This document shows, one piece after another, positions 9,547 through 20,800 of a DNA stretch of 52,069 nucleotides (the first letter of the stretch is position 1; each line of letters starts with the position of its first letter). Under the pieces are notes generated by a model. That model was not told the origin of the DNA, ran no database searches, and saw only the letters and a program-made list of their open reading frames with translations. The DNA is from Candidatus Bruticola sp. (GTDB lineage: Bacteria > Vulcanimicrobiota > Xenobia > Xenobiales > Xenobiaceae): positions 23,838-75,906 of the forward strand of contig JBJEGD010000039.1 in assembly GCA_051874735.1 (NCBI GenBank), written 5' to 3'. The position numbers and the translations under genes were made by a program.

Positions 9547-11535
9547 TTAAATACCTACTGAACCATTTCTTTTGCTAAGCCAAACCTGCCAAGAGTAAGG
9601 CAGCAAAATGAAAATAAACAATATAATCCCGTAAGCAGAAGCATTAAAGATATTGCCTTCCTGAATCTCCATAAAAATATAAGTAGACACGGGACGCCAT
9701 TTCGGAGGGCAAGTCATTAAAGTAACGGCCACTTCCTGCATACAGGCTATAAAAATCATGACACCACCTGCAGCTATACCGGGCCAAATTAAAGGGGCCG
9801 TAACCTTGAAAAAAGTAAGCGCAGGGGGTGCTCCCAAAATTAAAGAACTTTCTTGAATAGATGGGTTAAGCTGACTTAGCGAAGCAGTTATGGAGCGCAC
9901 TCCGTAAGGCATACTAGTCAGAATGTAGGCAAAAACAACTAAAGCAGCTGTAAGATGCCAAGCTAAAGGCGGGCCATTAAAAGTGCAGATTAAAGCTACC
10001 GCAAACACAACTCCAGGTACAACAAAAGGCATTAAAACGCAGAAATCAAACAAGCTGCGCAATTTGCTTCGACCATAAGTTATAAAAACAGCGGAAGCAG
10101 AAGCCAGCAATAAAGACCAAAACAGCCCAGGAATGGCCAGCAAAAATGAATTAGCTAAAGGAGAATGGGCAGACCAGGTATTTTGCCAAATTTCCGCGTA
10201 GCGGCTAAATGTATAGGAAGAGGGCATTACTTCAACCCCCCAAGTTCCGGCTATACTTACAATAAAAGTTACAATTATAAAAGAAGCAGGCACCATAAAG
10301 AGCAAAAAGCAGAAAATAAAAGCTCCCCAACGCAGACCAACATGATGACAAACTCCAGCAGAGGCTCCGCTTTTACCATTCAAAATTTCAAAGTTCAAAC
10401 TGTTCAGAAAATAATTTTGTATATACATCCATATTAAAACGGTCAAGACCATCAATACAGAAAGCATGCAAGCTCCCCCCCAGTAGGTAGAACCTGAAAG
10501 ATCGCGGTAAGCCTCAATAATAATCATAGGATATTTTATCGGCATAAGCAGACTTATAGCCGAGAAATCGCCGAACGATCGCACAAAAACTAAAAAAGCC
10601 CCACTAAGCATACCAGGCATGAGCATAGGCAATATCACGGTACAAAAAGAGAAAGTAGTATTTGCCCCCATAACCTGAGAAGCTTCACTCATAGAATTGT
10701 CAGAATATTTAAGAACAGCACTAACTGTCAATAAAACAAAAGGAAAATACAAGAAAATCTGAGTCAAGCCTGCGGCCCAAACTGATTGAGCCTCAAAAGG
10801 CAGTCCTAATCCTAAACAACTTAAGACTTTAGCGACTATGCCATTAATCCCCAAAATATTTTTTACAGCTAAAGCACCTAAAAAAGAAGGTAGAGCTAAT
10901 GGCATAATACAGAGCAGCTTAAAAATTCCTCGGCCTGGAATATCCACTCTTTCTAAAAAAAACGCACCTAATATGCCTAATAAAGAGGCTATAACGGTAA
11001 CTGCAGAACAGAAACCAAAAGTCTGTATAATAACCGCTTCAGCCGTTCCTCCTGGAGCTAGCCACATCATAATCTTATAAAGAACAAATTCTTTAGGAAG
11101 CCAAAAACGCCAAGTTAAAGAGAAAAGAGCTATTGTAGTAGATGTGCAAACAGTAAAAGCTACACTCAGTATACGCTTTGTTAACTCTGCTAGGCTAGAA
11201 TTGATAAATTCTAAGAACTTATGCAAGCCTATAACCGCAATCAGAATAAGAGATGTTATCCCCGGAACGAATCCCACAGCATTAATTAAGCCCTGAGTGT
11301 AACGCTGCGTATCAAAGATTTCAGCATAATACTGAATACTAAAATTGTTTATCAAATCTTGTTGTATGTTTTTAAAACTGCCAGATACCAAATATTCTAA
11401 AATTGGCATAGGCTCACCAGTAAAACTGGTTAAAAACAAAACAAACATAGGGATAGCGACAAACAAAGTTATAAACAGCCCTGCCCCCAGCCCAGCTGTA
11501 CATCTAAAAAAACGGGACAATTCGTAAAGCACCAT
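9547..11535 (-). CDS. ABC transporter permease, FbpB/ThiP-like fused double TM domain
   Basis: Two EAA loops (SEASQVMGA; QESSLILGA), PLALPSFLGA and PFVVPGVV. Confidence 0.88.
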   Translation of the reverse strand: MVLYELSRFFRCTAGLGAGLFITLFVAIPMFVLFLTSFTGEPMPILEYLVSGSFKNIQQDLINNFSIQYYAEIFDTQRYTQGLINAVGFVPGITSLILIAVIGLHKFLEFINSSLAELTKRILSVAFTVCTSTTIALFSLTWRFWLPKEFVLYKIMMWLAPGGTAEAVIIQTFGFCSAVTVIASLLGILGAFFLERVDIPGRGIFKLLCIMPLALPSFLGALAVKNILGINGIVAKVLSCLGLGLPFEAQSVWAAGLTQIFLYFPFVLLTVSAVLKYSDNSMSEASQVMGANTTFSFCTVILPMLMPGMLSGAFLVFVRSFGDFSAISLLMPIKYPMIIIEAYRDLSGSTYWGGACMLSVLMVLTVLIWMYIQNYFLNSLNFEILNGKSGASAGVCHHVGLRWGAFIFCFLLFMVPASFIIVTFIVSIAGTWGVEVMPSSYTFSRYAEIWQNTWSAHSPLANSFLLAIPGLFWSLLLASASAVFITYGRSKLRSLFDFCVLMPFVVPGVVFAVALICTFNGPPLAWHLTAALVVFAYILTSMPYGVRSITASLSQLNPSIQESSLILGAPPALTFFKVTAPLIWPGIAAGGVMIFIACMQEVAVTLMTCPPKWRPVSTYIFMEIQEGNIFNASAYGIILFIFILLPYSWQVWLSKRNGSVGI

Positions 11536-12118
11536 TCATACAGACAGCTATTTTATATATCAAGCAAAAAAATGCTGCCTGAAAATCTCAGCTTCTGCCA
11601 ATAAATCGGCCTCAGCAGCCCGACTGCTTTCCCTGCCTCCAGGGCACTTCCTTTGTGTTACAATCTTTATTCTCATAACGGCTATCGAACTAGATCCAAA
11701 GAAAAACCTTATATATCCATAGCTGAAGCTAGTAGGTTACAGTTAAACTTATGGGAAGAGATAACATTAAAAATTTACAGAAATTAACACAAAAATTACT
11801 GTCTCCTCGCTTTAGATTCTGCTTAACTAAACATAATAAAGATTTTATATGTTAAACTAACTTTACAATCAGTATTCTCAAGTTCAGCTTTAGCTGACCT
11901 TGAGAATACCGTCGGCAGCCTATACAAAGAGCATGCCGCTCACTGCTTTCCATAATAGGCAGCCTCTTCTAATTGTCAGTTTTGACAAACTAATAATATC
12001 GAAAAAGATTCAAGTTTTCTCAGCAGCGTTTATCAAAGCTGGTACTTTCCAAAATTAGACTTACTATTTATCAATAGTAATTGCTTAATTTTTGGCATAT
12101 CAATAAGGAGAACATATT

Positions 12119-13507
12119 TTGCTTAAATTAAACAGCAAATTTACCCAGAGCTTAGCTCTAATTCTGGCTATCTTTAGCTTTATGTTTACTACGAGTCTCA
12201 ATAGTCAAGCGGCTTATCCGTCCGTGCGAGTACTAGTAGACAATACGGAACTATCCCAATCGGGAGTCATGTTTAATGGGGCCACTTTAGTACCAATGCG
12301 CGCTATTTTCGAAGCTTTAGGAGCCGAAGTTAAATGGCAAGGTACTACCCGCACTATCACCGCAGTCAAAGATTCTACCACTATTGTTTTAACATTAGGA
12401 AAAACTGACGCTCTTATAAACGGAAGTCTCAAGCAACTTTCAGCCCCGGCTATTTCTATAGACGGGACAACTATGGTTCCCCTTCGTTTTATCGGCGAAG
12501 CTTTAGGTGCTGAAGTCAAATGGGAAGGTTCATCTAAAACCGTCTACGTAAATAGTAAAACTGCAGCTGCAGGCTTAAATATTGAGGAACTTGTCATCAG
12601 CCCCCGACGTGCTTTAAAAACGGGAGATACTCTTAGCGTACAGATGCGCGGCGAAGTCGGCTGTAAAGCTTCTTTTGATATTGTTGGTTTCAAGAGCAAT
12701 ATTCCTATGCACGAAGATTCGGACGGCGTCTATTCCGGCTCTCTGACCGTAATCAAAAATATGAAAGTCTCTGACGGAATTTTGATTGCCAGACTGAAAA
12801 AAGACGGTAAAGAAGGAAGCAAAGAAGCAGCTCAGTCTATCACTATAAACAGTACTTCCTCAGCTAACAACACTTCTTCCCTCGGCAGTGATGAGTCCTT
12901 AAGCAAAATTTTTGCCGATATTAATCCTGCTCCCAATTCTTCTGTCTATCGCGCCAATCTTATTAAAGTTAACTTTGTTAATCAAATTAGCGAAGGTTCG
13001 GTGCGTCTTTTCTTAGACGACAAAGAAATTACCGCTTACTGCACTTACGATGCTCGCTCTATAAGCGGTGCTCCGGAAAAAGGCATAAGCGCCGGGAAGC
13101 ACAATGCTAAAGTGTTGGGTACCGACAATGAAGGACAAAAAATCGACTACTCTTGGACTTTTACCAGTCAAAATCAAAGTTCTGCGGACGGCAGCCAAGC
13201 TTACGAACTGACTCTTAAAGTTCCGGAAGCCAACGAAATGGTAGGAGCTAACCTCTATTTAGTAGGTTATACTGCTCCTAAAGCTTCTGTCAAATTTGAA
13301 ATTATCGGCAAAGCTTCCGTAATGAACCTGATAACTATCAAGGGCAAAGCTATAAATGTAGAAACTACGGCCGACGATCAAGGTATGTTTGAAGTCAAAG
13401 CCGATCTCTCATCTATGCGCACAGGAACTATTGTAACTATTAACGGCGAAGCCTATCTGGACGGTACTAAAGTTGCTTCCTGCAGCCGCACGGTTACCCG
13501 CGAATAA
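12119..13507 (+). CDS. Secreted protein with copper amine oxidase N-terminal (stalk) domain and beta-rich C-terminal domains
   Basis: Signal peptide ending AQA-like (SQAA); duplicated TLVPMRAIFEALGAEVKW / TMVPLRFIGEALGAEVKW; TTG start after AAGGAG. Confidence 0.88.
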   Translation: MLKLNSKFTQSLALILAIFSFMFTTSLNSQAAYPSVRVLVDNTELSQSGVMFNGATLVPMRAIFEALGAEVKWQGTTRTITAVKDSTTIVLTLGKTDALINGSLKQLSAPAISIDGTTMVPLRFIGEALGAEVKWEGSSKTVYVNSKTAAAGLNIEELVISPRRALKTGDTLSVQMRGEVGCKASFDIVGFKSNIPMHEDSDGVYSGSLTVIKNMKVSDGILIARLKKDGKEGSKEAAQSITINSTSSANNTSSLGSDESLSKIFADINPAPNSSVYRANLIKVNFVNQISEGSVRLFLDDKEITAYCTYDARSISGAPEKGISAGKHNAKVLGTDNEGQKIDYSWTFTSQNQSSADGSQAYELTLKVPEANEMVGANLYLVGYTAPKASVKFEIIGKASVMNLITIKGKAINVETTADDQGMFEVKADLSSMRTGTIVTINGEAYLDGTKVASCSRTVTRE

Positions 13508-13773
13508 TAGTTAACTATTAACTAACCTAAACGCCTCAGAGCTCCCTATCTTATTTCAATAAGTAGAGAGCTTTTTTGCATTCTGTTTAAATTTATTTTG
13601 CATCCGAGTATTATTCACCAGCCCAAATAGGCAGCGTCTATCTAAACATTACGCTATTTTGTAAATTTTTTTTCTGCAAAAGCATAAGTTATCAAAAAAT
13701 TAACTTTTCTAATATTTACTCTTAAGCTAATTGTCGGGAATTATTATTAAATTTTAATAAAGAAGGAGGCTGT

Positions 13774-16700
13774 ATGTCCTTTAATTCCGCTTCTTTTATG
13801 AATTTAATATCGTCTGTAACTGGTAACGTACCGAACCTAGGTACTCAAGGTGCGTTCGCCGATCTGATGCCCCAATTTAACACAAACGACCTAGTATCAA
13901 TCGGCGGTTTTGCTCAGCTGGAAGGCAGTGAACAAGCTGAAGATGTCGGCAAAGCCCAAAGGGAAAATTTTGACCAAGCTTTTACAACCGACGACGTAGC
14001 CGCACTTTTTGGTAAAGACGCCAGCGAGCTAACTGAGCAGCAAAGTGCCGATCTGAGTAATCTTCTGTTTGATATCAGCCAAGAAAATGCCAAGCGCAAA
14101 GAAGCTGGAGAGTCCCCTCTTACTAAAGATGAACTCAATGAGTACATTAATTCTTCAGTAACAGATTACAAGAGCAAAATTGCTAAGGGAGAGAAATCCG
14201 AAGAAGCTAATGAAGCTGGTGAAAAAGAGCAGGAAAATACCTTAGGCAAAACTCTTTCTGAACTTGGCATTGAAGAACTTAACGATGAGCAAATTGAAGG
14301 CATAAACAAGGCTCTCAACCAGTACGAAAACGGCGAAAAAGTCACTGCAGCCCAAGACGCCAAAGAAGCTAAAGAAGCTCAAGCGGCCAAAGAGGCTCAA
14401 GAGGCGGAAAAGGCTGCCTCTGAAAATGAAGTAAAGAACGCTCTTGACGAACTACAGAAGGCTATTCAGCAAGCGGCTCAGCAGCAGGCTAATCAGTCTT
14501 CTCCCACTGGCGGTTCGGGCAACGTAGGCGGTTCAGGCAGCGTGGGCGGTTCTAGTCCTGTAGGTTCAACCAACGGAGCTTCCGGCTCTGCATCTCCCAC
14601 TTCAGCCGGAGAGACGGCCTCATCTTCTAATATTCCGGAAATGGCTGAAGATCTTCAGGGTCTGCAGCAGCAAAAGGCTGACGCTCAAACTGCTGTTGGC
14701 GATCTCGGTTCGCAAATAGATTCCAAAAAGTCTGAAATCAACCAGCGCAAATCGGACATTGCTCAAGGAATCGGCACTGATAACCTTAGCCCGGAGCAGA
14801 AAATAGCCCAGGCCAAGAATCAGGAAGAATACGACAAAGCTAAGCAAGATTACGACAGAGCTAATAAAGAGAAGACTAAAGTTCAGGAAGAGAACACTCA
14901 AACTAATCAAGAGATCGCCCAAAATCAGCAGAATCTGTATGCTAAAGCTGCCGAAAAACAGGCCAAGAGTGCCGAAGTCAGCGCAGCTCAAAGTGAGCTT
15001 GATTCTTTGACTCCACCTTCCGCTCCCAGCAGTTCTGATAAAGAAGCTCAATCGGCTTATGAAGCAGCTATGGCTGAGTACGAAGCTAAAAAGGCAGCTC
15101 TCCAGGCGAAAGTTGATCAGCTGAAGAACGAAGAACAGGCTATTCAAGACGAAATTTCCCAATTAGAGAACAAGCTCTCTAATCTTGAGAGGAAGAAGTC
15201 TACTCAAGAGCAGAGAATCTCTAATTATGAAGCTCAGATGACCAGAGCTCAGTCCATCATGGATGAGAAGATGGCAGCTATCCAAGAGGGCAACCCGGCA
15301 GTCAAAGAAGCTATCGAAAATGATGAAGAACTTCAGGCTTTGGAATCTGATATTTCTGACTTAGAGAGCCAAAAAGCTGAGCAGGAATCATTTATTAGTC
15401 AGCTTGATAATCAGATTGCTTTAAAAGAGAAGCAAGATAGTGCCGTCCAGCAGCTGCAAGAGCAGCAAGCTCAAGCTAATTTAGAAGAGGCCCTGGCCGA
15501 GGCGGGCAATCCCACTGGTGAGCCTAAAGAAGAATTATTGCAGCTTCCCTTCGTCGAAAAGAAGCGCCAAGCGGTCGATGTAACCGATCCGGAACAGACT
15601 GATAAAGCTATCGAATGGGCTCGTGAAGCTTTAGAGCAAGATCCTAATAATGAGAAAGCTCAGGCGGTTCTCGATGCCGGTCTCGATTATCTTGAGCAGC
15701 GTCAGGCTAGTGCAGAAAATGCAGCTGTCGATGCCATCAGCAATCTTCCCGATCATTTAAAAGATGGTGCTAATGCCTGCATCCAAGAAGCTATTGAAAA
15801 GGCAGATGGCAAAAATCCTAACGATGCAGTTAGAACAGCTATCGCCGAGTACACCAAAGACTTGCTCAACAACGATGAACTTTCTGAGGAAGATAAAGCC
15901 TTAGTTCAAACTGCCGCTGACGCCACAGCTGCCAGCGTCAAGATGGATGAAGTTTTTGACAAAGCCCGCAGTGCTCAGTCCGACGTCGAGTTCTACAAAG
16001 CTGTTGAGGAGCTCCCCGATAATGCTAAAGCTGAAGCTTATGCGCTGCGCGACTCTATTAATGCCTTAGATAAACGCGGTTCTTACCAGAGCGTCACCGA
16101 TGCTTACAACGAAATCTCCGAATATCTGGACAAAAACCCCGATGTCGATCTGGATATGCAAACCGCTAAGTCCATGTTTGGCGATTACGGTCCCGTAGCT
16201 CTGAGCGCTCTCCAAGATGGAAGCGGTGAGATGGCTGAACAGCTCTTGAATGAAGAGAATTACGCCGACTATACTCCTGAGCCTCTGCCTATTGCCTTGC
16301 CTCTCAAAACCCCAGAGAGCATTCCTCATGCCGGCGGATACACTGGAGACACTGCTTCTATGTACCGCGACAGCACTATCGATTTGGCTAACAAAAATAT
16401 TGACAGCTTCTCCGAGAAGTATAGTGAAGTTTCTTCAGGCAGCTATTCCCCTTACAGCAAGGAATGGAAAGCTCTCAGCTCTATGGCCAAAGACGCCGAA
16501 GGCTGGCAGCAACTTACTGATGAGTACGGCGTTAAAGTTAATGCAGAGCGCAATACTGACTACGACAACCGTATGTTCAACGCTTCTCTTTCTGAAGCGG
16601 CCCTCAAAGCTATGAGTGAGCCTACCTTGGAAGATTGGATGAGCGGCAGCACTGAACTGGGCCTCAGATTGGCTAAGAGCTCCCTGAATGTTGCTCAAAA

Positions 16701-17040
16701 TATGGCTACTACTGGTTGGTGTTACAGCGGTGTATCCAAGGCTTTAGGCCGAGAGGGTATTAGCATTGGTGGTCCTAGTGCTTTCTGCGCTGTAGATGAA
16801 CTCGACTCCAAGTACCCCGATCAGTTCGTAAAATTCACTAGTGCTGATATAACTAAAGACCAACTTAAAGAGCTTCCCGCTGGTGCTATCGTAGTCTACG
16901 GTTCCGGCAGCGGCGCCAACGGCGGTTATCACGGCCACATCTATGTGTCCCAGGGCAACGGCCAAGAGACTTCCGACCACGTAGCTACGGTACGTCCTGA
17001 AAGATACGGCGAAGAATACTACGTCTACTTCCCTAAATAA
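13774..17040 (+). CDS. Large coiled-coil protein with C-terminal Cys-His (NlpC/P60/CHAP-superfamily-like) domain
   Basis: SD AAGGAGG; E/Q/A/K-rich helical body with a G/S linker; C-terminal GWCYSGVSKAL...LPAGAIVVYG...HGHIYV...ETSDH. Confidence 0.7.
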   Translation: MSFNSASFMNLISSVTGNVPNLGTQGAFADLMPQFNTNDLVSIGGFAQLEGSEQAEDVGKAQRENFDQAFTTDDVAALFGKDASELTEQQSADLSNLLFDISQENAKRKEAGESPLTKDELNEYINSSVTDYKSKIAKGEKSEEANEAGEKEQENTLGKTLSELGIEELNDEQIEGINKALNQYENGEKVTAAQDAKEAKEAQAAKEAQEAEKAASENEVKNALDELQKAIQQAAQQQANQSSPTGGSGNVGGSGSVGGSSPVGSTNGASGSASPTSAGETASSSNIPEMAEDLQGLQQQKADAQTAVGDLGSQIDSKKSEINQRKSDIAQGIGTDNLSPEQKIAQAKNQEEYDKAKQDYDRANKEKTKVQEENTQTNQEIAQNQQNLYAKAAEKQAKSAEVSAAQSELDSLTPPSAPSSSDKEAQSAYEAAMAEYEAKKAALQAKVDQLKNEEQAIQDEISQLENKLSNLERKKSTQEQRISNYEAQMTRAQSIMDEKMAAIQEGNPAVKEAIENDEELQALESDISDLESQKAEQESFISQLDNQIALKEKQDSAVQQLQEQQAQANLEEALAEAGNPTGEPKEELLQLPFVEKKRQAVDVTDPEQTDKAIEWAREALEQDPNNEKAQAVLDAGLDYLEQRQASAENAAVDAISNLPDHLKDGANACIQEAIEKADGKNPNDAVRTAIAEYTKDLLNNDELSEEDKALVQTAADATAASVKMDEVFDKARSAQSDVEFYKAVEELPDNAKAEAYALRDSINALDKRGSYQSVTDAYNEISEYLDKNPDVDLDMQTAKSMFGDYGPVALSALQDGSGEMAEQLLNEENYADYTPEPLPIALPLKTPESIPHAGGYTGDTASMYRDSTIDLANKNIDSFSEKYSEVSSGSYSPYSKEWKALSSMAKDAEGWQQLTDEYGVKVNAERNTDYDNRMFNASLSEAALKAMSEPTLEDWMSGSTELGLRLAKSSLNVAQNMATTGWCYSGVSKALGREGISIGGPSAFCAVDELDSKYPDQFVKFTSADITKDQLKELPAGAIVVYGSGSGANGGYHGHIYVSQGNGQETSDHVATVRPERYGEEYYVYFPK

Positions 17041-17064
17041 TATAACTTAATTAACTGAAAAGAT

Positions 17065-17099
17065 GGGCCGCCGTTCAAACTGAACGGCGGCCCTTTTTT
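17065..17099 (+). terminator. Intrinsic terminator
   Basis: GGGCCGCCGTTCA-aac-TGAACGGCGGCCC-TTTTTT. Confidence 0.9.
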
Positions 17100-17339
17100 C
17101 TATAACAGCTTATTTATTTGTTTATAAAAGTTCGGCTGTCAAATTTGACACTGTCCACGCTTTACAGTCAAAGTTTTTCAGTTCACCAACTTTATTAAAA
17201 ATATTAGGCCCTATCTATATAACTGTTGGTATGCTAAGAGAGGTAAAAGAAGCGCGAAAACAGTAGGCAAACGACGCTCTAAAGTCAATATTAACTAACA
17301 GTTTAACTTATCTGAATTTAATATTTCTTCATTAGCGTC

Positions 17340-17804
17340 TTACAAAGAAATTACTTCTTTATTTTTAGTTAATAAAGAGCCATATAAACTGCGAATTGTC
17401 TTTCCAGTGCGTCCGTCCTCAATTAACAGAACCAAAACAACTTCTTTTATATAATGGCTCTTGGAAGTTTCTGCTTTTATCTTTATTTGGCTGCCTGCTC
17501 CATGTTCTTTTTCATCTATCTCTATAAACTGAGTGCTTTCTACAGTACCGCCAACAATATCTAGGAGAGAATTAGCAGAGATCTTAGCTTCTTCAGATAA
17601 CAAGCTGCCTGCACTATTTCTATCGTTTTTAACTAAAGCGGCCTCAGCAAAAGCCCAAGCTATCTCCTTGGCACTTAAGCTGCTGCCAGAAGGAACATTG
17701 TAACAGGCAGACAGAGTGCCTAGCGATACTACTACTGCGCTTATTAGTAATAATCTAAGAGCGGATAAACACCAATTTTTTATATGCTTCATAAAATCGC
17801 CCAT
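17340..17804 (-). CDS. Putative lipoprotein
   Basis: Signal peptide with lipobox LSAC; 4 bp downstream of the macroglobulin stop. Confidence 0.65.
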   Translation of the reverse strand: MGDFMKHIKNWCLSALRLLLISAVVVSLGTLSACYNVPSGSSLSAKEIAWAFAEAALVKNDRNSAGSLLSEEAKISANSLLDIVGGTVESTQFIEIDEKEHGAGSQIKIKAETSKSHYIKEVVLVLLIEDGRTGKTIRSLYGSLLTKNKEVISL

Positions 17805-17808
17805 AGAA

Positions 17809-20800
17809 TTATGACCTCTTGTCTCCTACAAATAAAGTAAAGGGAGCCCCTTGAGCACACTCAAAAGGAGAATTCAAGAAACGCACCAAAGCCGGTTTGG
17901 CCGTAAATTCACCTTGGTAAACTAAATTACCCTTAAGTCTGAACAGATAATCTCCTTTGGGCAAAGCGGTTATATAAATTCGGTTAGCCTGCTTATTAAA
18001 ATATCCGTTTAATTTTTCCAGACCTTCCACTTTAGAAATTTCAAAACCGCCCAGATAAGGAAGCTCTATAACAGCGTAGCGGCCACCTTCTTTTACTTTA
18101 AGTTTAATATCGACAATGGCCTGATCGCCTAAATTGCCCAACAGTCTATCTTCAGCTACACAGGTTTCATCTTTAATAGAGCGGTTGATTTTACATTCAT
18201 TAGTTATAAAGAAAGGAGCTTCTTTAGAAGAATGTATATATTTAAAAGAAGCTTCTTCACGATAGCCCTCATCAGGCAAACCATGCACAGTAAGGCTCTC
18301 ATGTACATGTACCCAAGCTGAATCTGAACCATTTTTTATAACCTTGATATTCAAAGGACTGTCAGGTAACTGCGCTACATTAAGCACGAACCACTTATGC
18401 CAAGCACTATCTTCAGCTAAACCGTTGCCGCTTTCCAATTCATTGCCATTAATCCAGACTCCATAACTAAACCCTTGAGAAGCTTCAAAAAATTTGTACA
18501 TATAAGACGAGACAGCTTCTAAGGCAACCATAGTATCATATGGCGTATACCAAGCTTGTCCGCAGCGGTTAGCCAACAGCCAATGTAAATACGCCCTACT
18601 CTTATCATTGTCACCTTCTAACTTTAAATTAACTATCAAAGCCAAAGCGGTAGTTTTACAGTCACTAAGAGTACGTTCACCAGGCCAATAAGCAAAGGAA
18701 ACCTTATCAACTCCCTTATCAGCAGAATAATCTAATGAAAGGCGAATGCGGCGCCCAGCTTTCTTCCATAATTGAACAGCTTCAGTTCTACGTCCGACCG
18801 TCTCTAAATAATAAACTAAAGCAATGAAGGAAGGGTTATCTAAACTATCAGCGTTCTTAATAGCTTCAGATAGTTCCTGAGGCTTAAATTCAGAGCTATC
18901 CAGAGCCACGCTTAAAAGCAAACGCTCGCTTAATTTTAAACTTGCTCTGCTCTTAGAGAGGTAAATTTCACTGCTTTTAATTAAACTATCGACTTCACCT
19001 GCACCGGCTTCGCGCAACGCTTTTAGATAACGTAATGTAAAGGCTGTGTAAATAGGATCGGAAAAAGTTCCGGTGCACCAGGAAAAACCGCCATCTTGAT
19101 TCTGAGCCATACGCAAAGCTAACAAGTTATCTTGAGCCTGCTCAGGAGACAAATTAAAATATGGCGGAACTTTTAAATTATGCTTAATAAAAGGAGGACT
19201 GCAAATTGCCGGTGCAGCCCACGCAGCCAATACTTGTTCGCTGTTTCTGTCAGAAGAAATAGTTAAATAGTGCACTGAAGACGACAGAACGCCGGCCAAA
19301 CCGTTCAGAATTTCAATATGCAGCTTACGGTCAAAAACTCTACCAATAAATTCTCGGCGGAAACGATTAAGACTTAAGTTAACCTGGCGCTGCAACAAAG
19401 CGCTCTCCTCTTGAGAATAAACTGTAGCCAGAGGAAATACCTCCACAGACCTAGAGAACCGTTCGCTGATGCCGTCACCTTGAAGCTCGGCCGAAAGGTT
19501 GCTGATACCGGGCAAACCGCTTTTAACCATAAAACTAAAGGAAGTTTCTGCTAGCGGAGCAAGCACAATTTCCCCCGCTTCCTGACTTTTATCTAAAGAG
19601 ACGCCACTCTGCACTAAAAGTATAGAAGTATCCTCAGCTTTAACTACAGCATTGAATTTTAGCTCATGATCCGTGCAGTTGCGCATAGTTAAATTGTATT
19701 TGGCAAAATCACCCCTGTTAATCACCGTAGGACCCACAATAGCCATTTCTACATCTTTTTTTAGCACAAAAGGAATAATTGTTTGAGCTAATAGACCATC
19801 TTGAGTTACCCCCACAGCAGACAGCTTCCAAGCTCCCTCTTCTAGAGGCATGTTAATAGAGCAGGAAGCGAATCCCCGATCCAAAGCAGTACGCACCTGA
19901 GTGACAGACAGACATTTATTTTCCGGATAGAGGATGACTGATGCAGAGCTGGAACAGGAGCTATCTTTTTCAGTAAAACACTTGCTGAACTTGTCTTCAT
20001 TGCAAGCATAAGAAGATAAACGGCTCAGATCAGAGCGACCCAACGCAGAGAATACGTTATCACCAGCTAAAAACAGATGATCTTTGGGACCAATTAGACG
20101 TATATCAGCCCAACTTGTTAAAGGACAGCCGTTACTATCCGTAGCTTCAATATTTAAACCAACTGGTTGACCGCAAACTGGATGGCCAGAAAAAGAAACT
20201 TTTAAATTAAAACTTTGCTTACCGTTAAGTACATTAATTAGCTCCTCAGCCTTTTTTAGCTGTCCATCTGCCCAAGCAAACGCCGCGACTCTAACAGAGT
20301 TAGTAAATTCTTTACCAATAGGCAGTATAAAAGACGCTTTACCCTGATTAACTTCTAAAACAAAACGGCTGATCTGCCCATCTCTATCTAAAACTAGCAA
20401 AGCTTGGCGGACGCTGGCAGGAGCGTACAGCTTTATTTCCTCATAACTGCCTGTTTTAGCGAAATGACTGCTTAAATCTAGGTCAAAATTATCGTCACTG
20501 TCAGATGCAACCTCGACAGAGAGCATATGCCTGACTTTAGAATTTTTTAATGAATGAGCTTGCAAAGTATAGTGACCGGGTATTCTGGGCTGCCAATTAA
20601 AAAGACAACGCCCTTGGCTATCCGTTGTAAATACACCAATTTCTTCAAAGTGACCGTCATCACTAAGCGCAGAGACTCCAATTTTTTGATTCGCCATAGG
20701 AGAACCAGTCAAATCAGAAGCTAGCATAAAATACTGGGCTCGTGAGCTCGATCTAACCTCTTCAGGTCCATCTAAAACCAAAAATCCTGGAGCGGATGCC

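Noticed and set aside
13914-16980. Several antisense and alternate-frame ORFs inside the 1088-aa gene (and similar short overlapping ORFs elsewhere)
   Set aside because: They are shadows of biased codon usage, with no SD or family motifs.
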